Below the pieces are notes generated by a model. It was not told where the DNA came from, made no database searches, and worked only from the letters and a program-made list of their open reading frames with translations. 64,000 bases of DNA from Pirellulales bacterium. GTDB lineage: Bacteria; Planctomycetota; Planctomycetia; Pirellulales; JALHPA01. The stretch lies in the NCBI GenBank assembly GCA_049840575.1, contig JASGKV010000010.1:1633-65632 (forward strand). The letters run 5' to 3'. Within the stretch, counting starts at the first letter, position 1. Each line of letters opens with the position of its first letter. Of this stretch, positions 55,619 to 64,000 are shown piece after piece. The position numbers were made by a program, and so were the translations under genes.

Positions 55619-56023
55619 TCAAAATGTACGTTGGCCGGGAAAGCTCCAGCCACTCGGCAATTGCGGGAAATGGCCCCACATCTCCCATCTCGCTTCTATG
55701 TTCGCGGCCGGACGTGATGCCAATCCCCACTCGGGTGGATCGGGAAAACCGAACCATGCGTGTTGGATGAGGATTAGATCCTCATGATCGTATGTCGTGA
55801 CGAATTCGACTTCGTTACCGCTGAACCAATCGCGATCGTATCCCAGAATTCCATTGTTCGGAAAATCATTCAAATCTACCTTCAGCCAGACCAATGGCTT
55901 CATCGCTCTTTGTTGAAAACCCGTTTTCTGACGCTCGACCTGAACACCCTTCGCGTCCCATGGAATTGGTTCCCATTCGGGATCGACATCGTGACGCATT
56001 GAGTCGCTCTGAGGAAAGCGCAT
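55619..56023 (-). CDS. Hypothetical protein (Trp-rich; lower-GC stretch by eye)
   Basis: 134-aa ORF with coding-like composition and no recognised family. Confidence 0.45.
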   Translation of the reverse strand: MRFPQSDSMRHDVDPEWEPIPWDAKGVQVERQKTGFQQRAMKPLVWLKVDLNDFPNNGILGYDRDWFSGNEVEFVTTYDHEDLILIQHAWFGFPDPPEWGLASRPAANIEARWEMWGHFPQLPSGWSFPGQRTF

Positions 56024-56047
56024 TCCTATTGGGTTGATCGCGCTATT

Positions 56048-56305
56048 TTATGACGCCGAAGATTTCGAAAACAGTCGTCCGATCGCCGCCCCTTTCCACA
56101 GCCACAGCCCGGTGACGAGCACGATCGGCAGAAAGATGAAGCGAAAATTGTCGCGGTACTGCAACGTCTCCTCCGGCGGGCCGTAGATGTACCCGACCAA
56201 CGTCAGGCCGAAGAGGATGTGCGTCCAACGCAGGATGGAACGTTTGGTGGAGGCGGTCATGGAGATCATCAAGTTGAATAAAGCGAAGTGCAAAAAGGGC
56301 ATCAC
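56048..56305 (-). CDS. Small membrane protein (2-3 TM segments)
   Basis: 85 aa with hydrophobic segments FALFNLMISM, HILFGLTLVGYIY and FIFLPIVLVTGLWLW. Its start overlaps the upstream gene's end. Confidence 0.45.
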   Translation of the reverse strand: MMPFLHFALFNLMISMTASTKRSILRWTHILFGLTLVGYIYGPPEETLQYRDNFRFIFLPIVLVTGLWLWKGAAIGRLFSKSSAS

Positions 56306-56895
56306 GCGTCGAGCGGAACGCTCGTGCGTTCGAAATCGGTGTAGGGATACACTCCGTTGCGTTTCAGAAGAGTCAATAACCGTTCAGCGCCGTGCTCGTG
56401 CTTGAAAGCCAGCTCGTCTTCCGTGATCCCCAGACACAGCCGCAGTTCGCAATCCTGCTCGAACAGACGGAAAGTCCCATACGTCGCGAACACGAACCCT
56501 TTAATCGCCGACGTCTCGGGGGTCGCCGAGCCGATGTCCATCGACTGCTCCGCATGGATCGGATTCTCGATCGCATAAGGCGCCGACTGCGAGAGAATGC
56601 GTGGCCCCCAATCGAGCCGCGTCCGGTGAACGATCATCAGCTCGTAGTTCGTCTCCGACTCTTCCGGTTTACCCGTTAGATCGGCGGTGACGTATACCAT
56701 GCCGTCAAGATGTTTCGAAAACGCCAAAACGTCGGCGTTCCCGCCCAGCGCGAGCGGGAGGGACGAATGAAACACCTCGTCATCGGACGGTCCGAGAACC
56801 CGCTCGAGCGCTGCCGATCTGGCGTCCCAGACTTCTTGCCAATTATCACTCTCCGCTTCGTCGCTATTCATCGTTCGGCCCCTTTGCGAGAACAT
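56302..56895 (-). CDS. SUFU-like (suppressor-of-fused family) protein, immunity-protein-like
   Basis: Size and pattern (ALERVLGP...VFHS..P.ALGG..DV.AF...YVT.DL; ELMI; GITEDELAF) resemble bacterial SUFU-domain proteins. Called from memory only. Confidence 0.45.
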   Translation of the reverse strand: MFSQRGRTMNSDEAESDNWQEVWDARSAALERVLGPSDDEVFHSSLPLALGGNADVLAFSKHLDGMVYVTADLTGKPEESETNYELMIVHRTRLDWGPRILSQSAPYAIENPIHAEQSMDIGSATPETSAIKGFVFATYGTFRLFEQDCELRLCLGITEDELAFKHEHGAERLLTLLKRNGVYPYTDFERTSVPLDA

Positions 56896-56901
56896 CGTCG
56901 C

Positions 56902-57342
56902 TCAGTGTTTCAAAACCGCTTCCAACCGATTCAAATTCTGTTCGTTCGCGTCGCCGATGAAGGCGCGAATTTTCGCGGCCGTCTCGGCGTTTTCGAATTC
57001 TTGCACCCAAGACAGATGCGTCCGCTCGGCTTGTGGGGTCAGCGTGATCGTCAGCGTGAACCGAGGGGCGACCACGTGGTCGATAACGATGCGGCGGTCC
57101 GGCTCGATCACGCGGAACACGCTCTCGTTCTGGTAGTTCGCCCCATTCGGCCCGTGCATCGTGTAAACCCACCGCCCGTCGTTACGGAATTCGAACAGAT
57201 CGAACGTGTTGGTGAACCCATCCGGCCCCCACCACGCGGCCAACGTCTCGGGCCGCGCGAACGCGGCGAAAATCGCGGCCGGCGAAGCGGCGATCACACG
57301 TTCGGTACTCAAGGCGGCGTCCGAGGGATTTTCGATGGTCAT
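56902..57342 (-). CDS. SRPBCC/AHSA1-family protein
   Basis: ERVIAASPAAIFAAFARPETLAAWWGP and VVAPRFTLTITL are typical of Aha1-like START-fold proteins found downstream of ArsR regulators. Confidence 0.8.
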   Translation of the reverse strand: MTIENPSDAALSTERVIAASPAAIFAAFARPETLAAWWGPDGFTNTFDLFEFRNDGRWVYTMHGPNGANYQNESVFRVIEPDRRIVIDHVVAPRFTLTITLTPQAERTHLSWVQEFENAETAAKIRAFIGDANEQNLNRLEAVLKH

Positions 57343-57486
57343 GGATCTCTTCCTTCTTCTCACTGGGGAACGAAGCACGTTGAAAAAACGTCGTCCGACG
57401 CGGTCGGTCGCAGACGACGTCGTTTCGTCGATCGGGCAACAGCGAATTCGACACGCTCCCGCCCCTGTACCGTGTTTCGCCAAAAG

Positions 57487-57948
57487 TTAAGGCGTTCCGC
57501 CGCGCGCGACGACGTCCTGTAATTTTTCCAGCATCCCGGCCCAGCCGTAGGTCGCTCCTTGGAACGCTTGGTCGGCGTACGGCTGCGTAAAGTCGAACCC
57601 GGCGTGTTCGAACAGCAACCGCGTTCCCGCGCCGTCGGGCAGCAGCGTGAAACTGACGCGCGTGTCGGTCACCGGGCCGCCGGCGGTCCAGGTGAAGACC
57701 AGTCGCCCGCCGGCGTCGCCGCTTTGGTCGCGGGGCGGATCGCACTCCAGCACTTCGCACCGGACGGTCAGGCCGTCGAATTTCATGGCCGGTTTGGGCG
57801 GCACTTGGAACGTAAACGCGTGGCCGACGCGCAGGCTCGAAGTCGTTGGGGAACATCCATTCGGCCAGCGCCGCGCGATCGGCGATCGCGCGCAAACCTG
57901 GTCACGCGACGCGTCGAAACGGACTTCGCGTTGAATCGTTTTGTTCAT
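57487..57948 (-). CDS. SRPBCC/AHSA1-family protein (two close frame breaks near 57895 and 57840)
   Basis: MNKTIQREVRFDASRDQV, then AIADRAALAEWMFPNDFEP in another frame, then RVGHAFTFQV...LLFEHAGF. Its start overlaps the arsR stop (ATGA). Confidence 0.75.
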   Translation of the reverse strand: MNKTIQREVRFDASRDQVCARSPIARRWPNGCSPTTSSLRVGHAFTFQVPPKPAMKFDGLTVRCEVLECDPPRDQSGDAGGRLVFTWTAGGPVTDTRVSFTLLPDGAGTRLLFEHAGFDFTQPYADQAFQGATYGWAGMLEKLQDVVARGGTP

Positions 57949-58277
57949 GACTTGCTCTTTTCGGCCACCAGCGTTCGCAGTTTGTTCAGTCGCTCGTCCC
58001 AAAACCGTTCGTATTGCGCTAACCAGTCGCGGACCGGGCCGAGATTGTCCGGCACGAACCGGTAACGCCGCTCGCGGCCATGCCGCTGCTCGGTGACGAG
58101 TCCGGCGTCGAGCAAGATCCGCAGATGTTGCGAGACGGCCGGTCGACTCATCTCGAAGTGCGCGGCCAACGCCGCGACGCCGCTCTCGCCGGCGGTCAAC
58201 AGATCGAGCATCCGCCACCGCGCCGGATGACCGATCGCCGCGAAAACATCCGACCCGCGTTGTGAAGTAGCGACCAT
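57945..58277 (-). CDS. ArsR/SmtB-family transcriptional regulator
   Basis: FAAIGHPARWRMLDLL...VAALAAHFEMSRPAVSQHLRILLDAGLV is a winged helix-turn-helix. The frame is intact. Confidence 0.9.
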   Translation of the reverse strand: MVATSQRGSDVFAAIGHPARWRMLDLLTAGESGVAALAAHFEMSRPAVSQHLRILLDAGLVTEQRHGRERRYRFVPDNLGPVRDWLAQYERFWDERLNKLRTLVAEKSKS

Positions 58278-58333
58278 GCGGCCGAGTATAGGTAAGGAAT
58301 TACTTACGTGTCAAGCGGACGGATTTTTCACAC

Positions 58334-58522
58334 GGGTGCCCCAGGATCTCGATCCTGGGTCGCGCAGCGACAAGAAGCCGCGTAGACGGGAATTTTTTAC
58401 TGCTGGGCAGAGCGAGCGAAGAGTAGTCATCGCTTCGCGGTCCAGAGCGACTCGGAAAGCATCGTTCCGCGGCTTGAGCGTCTTGTCGCTGCGCGACCCG
58501 GGATCGAGATCCCGGGACACCC
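58334..58522. repeat. Palindromic MITE/REP-like element, copy 1
   Basis: Arms of about 50 bp, GGGTGCCCCAGGATCTCGATCCTGGGTCGCGCAGCGACAAGAAGCCGCG and its near-perfect reverse complement at 58468-58522, flank about 85 nt. The arms contain sub-hairpins (CCAGGA-TCTCGA-TCCTGG and GTCGC-GCA-GCGAC). Confidence 0.75.
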
Positions 58523-58532
58523 TGCGAGTGTC

Positions 58533-59034
58533 TTACCGTGATTCGTATTCGCGGCGTAATTTCTTCGCGCCATACTGCCCGCGTTGACAAAAATCGCAGC
58601 CGCACGGTTTGCGGCCATGCGCACCGGGCCAATAGCGCCAGCCGACGACTTGCGGCAGTCGGCGAATCTTATGAATTTCGGACGCGTCGATCTTGCGCGG
58701 AACGATCACCTCGAAACCTTCGGGCACGGTCGCGCGCAGCAACACGTCGACCGCTTCCGCGGCGGTCATCTTGCGGTGCGCATCGCGATAACGGGCCAGC
58801 CAGACGGACTGCACAGTCGGGAATGCGAAAATAAACTCCGCACAGCGGCCCCGCGTTTCTCCGCTTGAGCTCGCGCAGCCATTGATGCGAGATCACGAAA
58901 CTCGGCACGACGGGAAGCCCAAAAATGCCCGGTTCCGGAAGATGGCGTTTACGCAATCGATGGATGCCGTTACGACGCAGCGCATCGACGACGTTTTCCG
59001 TTGCGAGATGTACGAACATCGCCATCGCAATCAC
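58533..59034 (-). CDS. Conserved-looking hypothetical protein with a C-terminal Cys cluster (frame break near 58815)
   Basis: FVISHQWLRELKRR...GVYFRIPD joins SVWLARYRDAHRKMTAAEAV...PQVVGWRYWPGAHGRKPCGCDFCQRG. It lies between the two palindromic elements. Confidence 0.55.
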
Positions 59035-59096
59035 ACCGAGAGCAGACCTCTAGCCTCGAAAGAGAAATCGACACGATTGAATCCCCCAGGTTCGCC

Positions 59097-59283
59097 GGGT
59101 GCCCCAGGATCTTGATCCTGGGTCGCGCAGCGACGAGAAGCTCATGCTCACGGGGGATTGCCAAAGAGACCGTCGAAAGAATCGAAATGACAACTTCACG
59201 AGTTGTCGCCTCGCGCAAAGCATCGTCCCGCGGTTTTAGCCTCTTGTCGCTGCGCGACCCGGGATCGAGATTCCGGGGCACCC
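59097..59283. repeat. Palindromic MITE/REP-like element, copy 2
   Basis: Same arm sequences as copy 1 with a few substitutions (GGGTGCCCCAGGATCTTGATCCTGGGTCGCGCAGCGACGAGAAGC ... CTCTTGTCGCTGCGCGACCCGGGATCGAGATTCCGGGGCACCC). The central part differs. Confidence 0.75.
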
Positions 59284-59293
59284 TGCCCTGGCG

Positions 59294-59807
59294 TTACTTG
59301 CTCGCGGCGTCGCCGAAGCTTTCCAACACGTTCGTCAACTCGTCCAAAAATCCGGTCGGGAGGTTCTTGGGCGTCTTGAGATCCACGTGCAGATGCGTGT
59401 CCAGGCGTTTCGAGTACGGGGCGGAGACCGCCTGCGTGAAGTAACGCTTGTCCCACATTTGCGGCAACGCGGCCATCCCTTCGTACGGGCCGGGCACGAT
59501 CGTCACGTCGCCGACGATCCCCTTGGGATTGGGGCCGCGCTGTTTCGACGCGTCTTGCCAATCGCCGGTGAGGAATTGGTCATGAATCCAAAACTCGCGC
59601 ACCGTCGAACTCGAAGTGAATCACGTCGTCCTGCAACTCGCACTTCGCCTTGGGGTAATGCTTGATCACGACCTTTTCGATCCGGGCCCGCAATGCCTGA
59701 CGATCGAGCGTCGGCTTAGCGGCCGGCGCGTCGTCCGCCGCGGTGACGATGGTCGAACACCCCCAGACGAGCCAACACAGCAGCAGGGAAATTCGTGCGG
59801 TACGCAT
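59294..59807 (-). CDS. Secreted or lipoprotein-like hypothetical protein (frame break near 59600)
   Basis: MRTARISLLLCWLVWGCS signal/lipobox-like N-terminus. The two ORF pieces join at VIHFEFDGA / REFWIHDQF. Confidence 0.55.
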
Positions 59808-59991
59808 CGGGACCTCGTTCATTGTGGAGAAAACCGACCGAACTCGCCGTCTAGCGAGCCGGGACGATTCTAACGCACGGCGAGGACGCGCTGGGTCAGC
59901 GACTGCGCAACGTCGACCGCGAGCGGAAAAACACGCGTTTAGCGGAACAGAAAAACGCCGAAATTTTGGCGATATATCGGCGGACCAGGCC

Positions 59992-60020
59992 TTGACACAG
60001 CGACCGTAAACAAGTATACT
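59992..60020 (+). promoter_or_regulatory. Near-consensus sigma70-type promoter (TTGACA, 17 nt, TATACT) facing the tandem-repeat locus
   Basis: TTGACA at 59992-59997, a 17-nt spacer, and TATACT at 60015-60020. It sits in an AT-rich island unusual for this window. No CDS follows on the plus strand. Confidence 0.5.
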
Positions 60021-60120
60021 TATTTACATTAATCCAAATGTCGTTGCTGGAAATTACATCACTGGGCGGACGGCCGGGAGCCCCCTGAGCATGTTCGTAC
60101 GGCGATGATGCCCAATGCTC

Positions 60121-60627
60121 AGAGGACTGACGTCCCCCGCTCAGAAAAAAGAAAAGTCGCAGGGCACGTGATCGTAACGCTCGTAACGCTCGCGCAGTGA
60201 ACTTGGGGCGTTTCGGCGGGGCAGGAAACGGAGGACTGACGTCCTCCGCTCATTGGTAAAAGAAAAACGGTGTGCTCGAAACGATCGTTTCGCTCGTAAC
60301 GCTCGCACAGTGAAACTGGGGTGTTTGGCGAGAACGGCGCAAACCGAAGATCGAATGGATCGGCTCAAATAACGAAAACCGTCGCGTCACCGACGATCGT
60401 TTCGCTCGTAACGCTCGCGCAGTGAAAATGGGGCGTTTGGTCAGACGGCGCGAACCGGAGACTGACGCCCTCGCCACACTCGTGACAGAAAAACTCCTGC
60501 GGTGCCCGCGATCGCAACGCGCGTTTCGCTCGTAACGCTCGCGGCTTTCCTACTTACTGAAAACTGAATCCTGAAAACTGAAAACTGAAAACTCACTCGC
60601 AACGCTCGTAACGCTCGCGCAGTGAAG
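60121..60627 (+). repeat. About 4.5 tandem copies of a noncoding unit of about 113 bp
   Basis: The core GCTCGTAACGCTCGCGCAGTGAA occurs at 60179, 60292, 60404 and 60604, with a truncated copy at 60528. The flanking parts of the unit are also related: the GGAGGAC-TGAC-GTCCTCC hairpin, an AAAAGAAAA run, a CGATCG-centred palindrome, and TGGGGCGTTTGG. Confidence 0.85.
60557..60591 (+). repeat. Heptanucleotide microsatellite (CTGAAAA) x5, one variant copy
   Basis: CTGAAAA CTGAATC CTGAAAA CTGAAAA CTGAAAA lies inside the fourth unit of the tandem array. Confidence 0.85.
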
Positions 60628-60673
60628 ATAGATAACCCGAATTCGGAGGTCAGATGAGAAAACCGAATCGCGA

Positions 60674-61152
60674 CTATAAGAATTGCTGATACGCGGCCAC
60701 GGCCAGGACGTCGCAGCGGTCGTTTTCCGGGTGGCCGCTGTGGCCGGCGACGCGGGTGTACCTTAGCCGGTGTTTGGCGACCAGTTCGTCCAGTTCCTGC
60801 CAGAGGTCGACGTTTTTGACTTCGCCCCAACCGTTTTTTTCACGTCGCCGCCAGCCGTTCCGTTTCCAACCGGCCATCCATTCACTGAGGCCTTTGCGAA
60901 CGTATTCGCTGTCGGTGAACAATTCGACCGCCGTCGGACGCTTGAGCATTTCCAGCCCACGCACGACGGCTTGGAGTTCCATGCGATTGTTGGTGGTCAG
61001 CTTTTCGCCGCCGGAACGTTCGATTTCCTTGCCGCTGGACGGGTGACGCAAGATAAACGCCCAACCGCCGGGGCCCGGATTTCCGCTGCAGCCGCCGTCG
61101 GTGTACAACTCGACGGCGGGCAGCGCGTCGTGGGTTGAGAAGCGTCGGCCAT
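60674..61152 (-). CDS. rnhA: Ribonuclease HI (start uncertain; possible frame break near 61140)
   Basis: ELYTDGGCSGNPGPGGWAF, TNNRMELQAV, LFTDSEYV and GHSGHPENDRCD. The only nearby ATG (61152) is in a different frame from the catalytic domain. Confidence 0.85.
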
Positions 61153-61335
61153 GTGTGGTGCGTTGCGCAAGTGTCCGTTCCGGCGAGAAGGACGGGATTT
61201 TAGCAGGTGTTTTCCGTGCGGCGTAGTGTCCGACGCGTCGCGCGGCCTGGGCGAGCGATGCCGGTTTTGGATAATGAAGACGTTCACAAGACGATATCGG
61301 GCCGGTTTCAAGATTCCCGCGGAGCATCATCACGG

Positions 61336-62176
61336 ATGGCGATTCGGTTGTTGGCGTTGGATGTGGACGGGACGTTGGTCGATCTTGAGATCGGATTCCG
61401 TCCGCCACCACGGATGCGCTCGCGCACATCGCACAGGCGGGCGTATCGATCATGATCGCCACGGGCCGGCGTTACAGCCGAGCGTTTCCGATCGCCGCGC
61501 GCAGTGGGGTCGACTTTGCCGGTCGTCACGGCCAGCGGCGCGTTGATCAAGCACTCGCCGGGACACACGACGCTGTTTCGGGCCGAGTTCGATCAACGCG
61601 TGTTGGCCGAGATGCTGACGTTTTTCGCCGAACAAGGTCACGAGCCGGTCCTTTACACGGACAGCTACGGACGCGGCTACGATTTTCACCTGGGCCACCC
61701 TGCCCCGCGAACGCCGGAACTGCGCGAGTTTCTAGGACGAAATTCCGACGCGATCCGGATCGACGAGCGAATGCACGTCGATCCGCCCGAGGGCGTGTTC
61801 GCGGGATTCGTGATCGGCACGCGCGACGCGATGTCGGCCCTGGCGGCCGAGCTGGATCGTCGCTGGCCCGATGCGTTGTACGTGCATGTGATCCGCAGTC
61901 CGCGGTATTTGGGATTTATGTGCGATCGCGCCGGTCGGCGTCAGCAAGTGGTCGGGCGTACGACACGTGGCCGCTCTGCTGGGAGTCGCCGATCACGAGA
62001 TCTCCGCGGTCGGCGACGACGTGAACGACCTGCCGATGATCGTCGGCGCAGGGCCTGGGCGTGGCGATGGGGAACTGGCGCCGGACGACGTCCAGGCCGC
62101 GGCCGATCGCGTCACAGGCCGCCTGGACGAAGACGGCCTGGTCCGCGTAGCGGAGTGGATTTTGGATGCGAGCTAA
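61336..62176 (+). CDS. HAD-superfamily Cof-type phosphatase (frame breaks near 61385, 61510 and 61925, plus a locally shifted stretch at 62050-62075)
   Basis: LLALDVDGTL, IMIATGRRY and AVGDDVNDLPMI. GLGVAMGN is readable only in a shifted frame between two nearby indels. Confidence 0.8.
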
Positions 62177-62424
62177 AACGTCGCCTGGCCTCAGCCGCGA
62201 TCGATTCTCAATTGAAGCGATCGCACCGAGTCACAGGCCGGTTCGGCGCATCCCAAAGCCTCCGGAGCCCCGGCTCCGGTGGAACGTTACCGATCACGCG
62301 CAAGTACGACATTTCCGAGGTTCCAGCGTGCGTTTCGCCCGAAATTCTTGCTGGACGCATTTCCGGAGAAGGTTCATAATAAAGTGGTCGGGCCGATAGC
62401 GACGATCCGGCGGAGCTTGCCGAA

Positions 62425-62727
62425 ATGTGGGAAACTTTGAGCGATCTGTGGAACAACTCGATGTTTCGGGTCGTGTCCGGTATCGCGATTACGTCGGCCT
62501 TGGTCGCGTTGGGATATAAGCTGTTGGCAAGGTTGCGCGGTCTTAAGGATGAAGACCAGGTTTCGGAGACCGAGATGCTGTTGAATTTCCGGGAAATGGC
62601 TTCCCAAGGTGACCTCAGCAAGCAGGAATACCGAATTATAGAGTCGTTGCTGGTGAAGCCTCGGGACGAGGAAAGTCGCCGGCGACCGAAGTCGCGAACG
62701 TTCGACGCCACGGAGGGACTTCCGTAA
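62425..62727 (+). CDS. Small single-TM protein
   Basis: 100 aa. Hydrophobic helix VVSGIAITSALVALGY, then a charged tail with DLSKQEYRIIESLL. Confidence 0.4.
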   Translation: MWETLSDLWNNSMFRVVSGIAITSALVALGYKLLARLRGLKDEDQVSETEMLLNFREMASQGDLSKQEYRIIESLLVKPRDEESRRRPKSRTFDATEGLP

Positions 62728-63020
62728 ATCGCGCGTTTTCGCGGGGTTCGTTATGCTTGCGGAGCGTGTCGCCAGGATGCCGGCACTCGTCGCGAAAAAC
62801 CTGAACAAATGTACGCGAACGATTTCGCGGTCCGAAACGTACTGTTTCTGACCACTCGGTCGTAAGCCGTTCGAAACCAGAGGACAGGGATGCCCCTCTT
62901 GGCCGTGATTCGTAACACGGCGCCTTCGAACGTTTCAGACTCCTGACGAAACACACCGACGATTCTCCCCAGGGCGATGAAGCGCAACGGAGAGCGGAAC
63001 CCTTAAGGAAGACCCCAGGC

Positions 63021-64000
63021 ATGCCCACAGGTCGTGACGTCAACATCGGTCGTCGTGGTACCGGAACCACGAAACGGAACGCGTTCTGTTCGTTCTGTCG
63101 CAAAAGCTATCGCGACGTCGGACCCGTTGGTCGAAGGACCGGGCGACGTCTACATCTGCGGCGAGTGCATCGAACTCTGCCAGTCGATTCTGGATCAAGA
63201 ACGTACGTCGCCGCGGCACCAATGGCAAACAACTGTTCACCCGCGTCCCGTCTCCCGCGCGAAATCGAAGACGCAGCTCGACGAATACGTGATCGGGCAA
63301 GAGCACGCCAAGAAAGTGCTCAGCCGTGGCGGTCCACAGCCACTACAAACGCCTGAACTTGGCGGCCGAAGGTTCGAGCGACGTCGAAATCGACAAGTCG
63401 AACATCATGCTGGTCGGTCCGACCGGCTCGCGGCAAAACGCTGCTCGCCCGCACGTTGGCCGAATCCTGAACGTGCCGTTCGCGATCGGCGACGCCACGA
63501 CGCTGACCGAAGCGGGTTACGTGGGCGAAGACGTCGAAAACCTGCTGCTGAAGCTGCTGCACGCGGCCGACTTCGACATGGAAGCGGCGCAGCGGGGCGT
63601 GATCTACATCGACGAGATCGACAAGATCGGCAAGACGAGCCAGAACGTCTGGATCACTCGCGACGTCTAGCGGCGAAGGCGTGCAACAGGCGTTGTTGAA
63701 GATGCTCGAAGGGACCGTCGCCAACGTGCCGCCGCAAGGGGGCCGCAAGCATCCCGAGCAGCAGTACATCCAACTCGACACGAGCAATATTCTGTTCATC
63801 TGCGGCGGAACGTTCGTCGGGATCGAGAAGATCATCGCCAAGCGATTGGGCAGTAAGACGATCGGCTTCGGCACGCAAAGCGGCGATTCGCCAAGAAGGA
63901 ACTCGGCCGAGATGTTGCCGCAGGTCACGACCGAAGACATCTTCGAATTCGGCATGATTCCCGAGCTGTCGGCCGGTTGCCGATCATCTCGCCGCTCAAC
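63021..64000 (+). CDS. clpX: ATP-dependent Clp protease ATP-binding subunit ClpX (3' end outside the window; several frame breaks)
   Basis: Zinc finger CSFCRKS...[10 protein letters not shown], then [71 protein letters not shown] and [21 protein letters not shown], spread over three frames. Confidence 0.9.

Noticed and set aside
60121-60627. The direct repeats ending in GTGAAA, downstream of an AT-rich leader-like segment, could be a CRISPR array.
   Set aside because: The period is about 113 nt and irregular. The would-be spacers are homologous to each other, so the whole unit is repeated. The repeats are degenerate, and there are no cas genes in the window.

Overview
High-GC chromosomal segment with about 60 genes. 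It looks planctomycetal: TIGR03000-type domains, HTTM, DUF1801 and UVR-motif families, and many Pro/Tyr/Gly/Ser low-complexity tails. Most of it is housekeeping (nadB, purF, proB, dtd, accA, truA, asd, pcm, csrA, priA, rnhA, clpX). One long minus-strand operon covers purine catabolism from xanthine to allantoate: allantoate amidohydrolase, OHCU decarboxylase, uricase, HIU hydrolase, allantoinase, xdhA and xdhB. There is also a VapBC-like toxin-antitoxin pair and an ArsR-SRPBCC operon. No transposase, integrase, cas or phage genes were seen. The most notable items are: (1) a tRNA-Leu(UAA) gene split in its anticodon loop by a 296-nt group I intron; (2) a near-consensus sigma70-type promoter pointing into about 4.5 tandem copies of a roughly 113-bp noncoding unit; (3) an operon joining a secreted Gly/Ser/Tyr-rich TIGR03000 protein, a small membrane protein and an HTTM (SdpB-like) protein; (4) several palindromic MITE/REP-like repeats that flank small genes. 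Caveat: about 45 reading-frame breaks interrupt otherwise well-conserved genes, including essential ones. I read these as assembly indel errors rather than pseudogenes, so the gene coordinates below span the breaks. All family calls come from motif recognition by eye. No searches were run.
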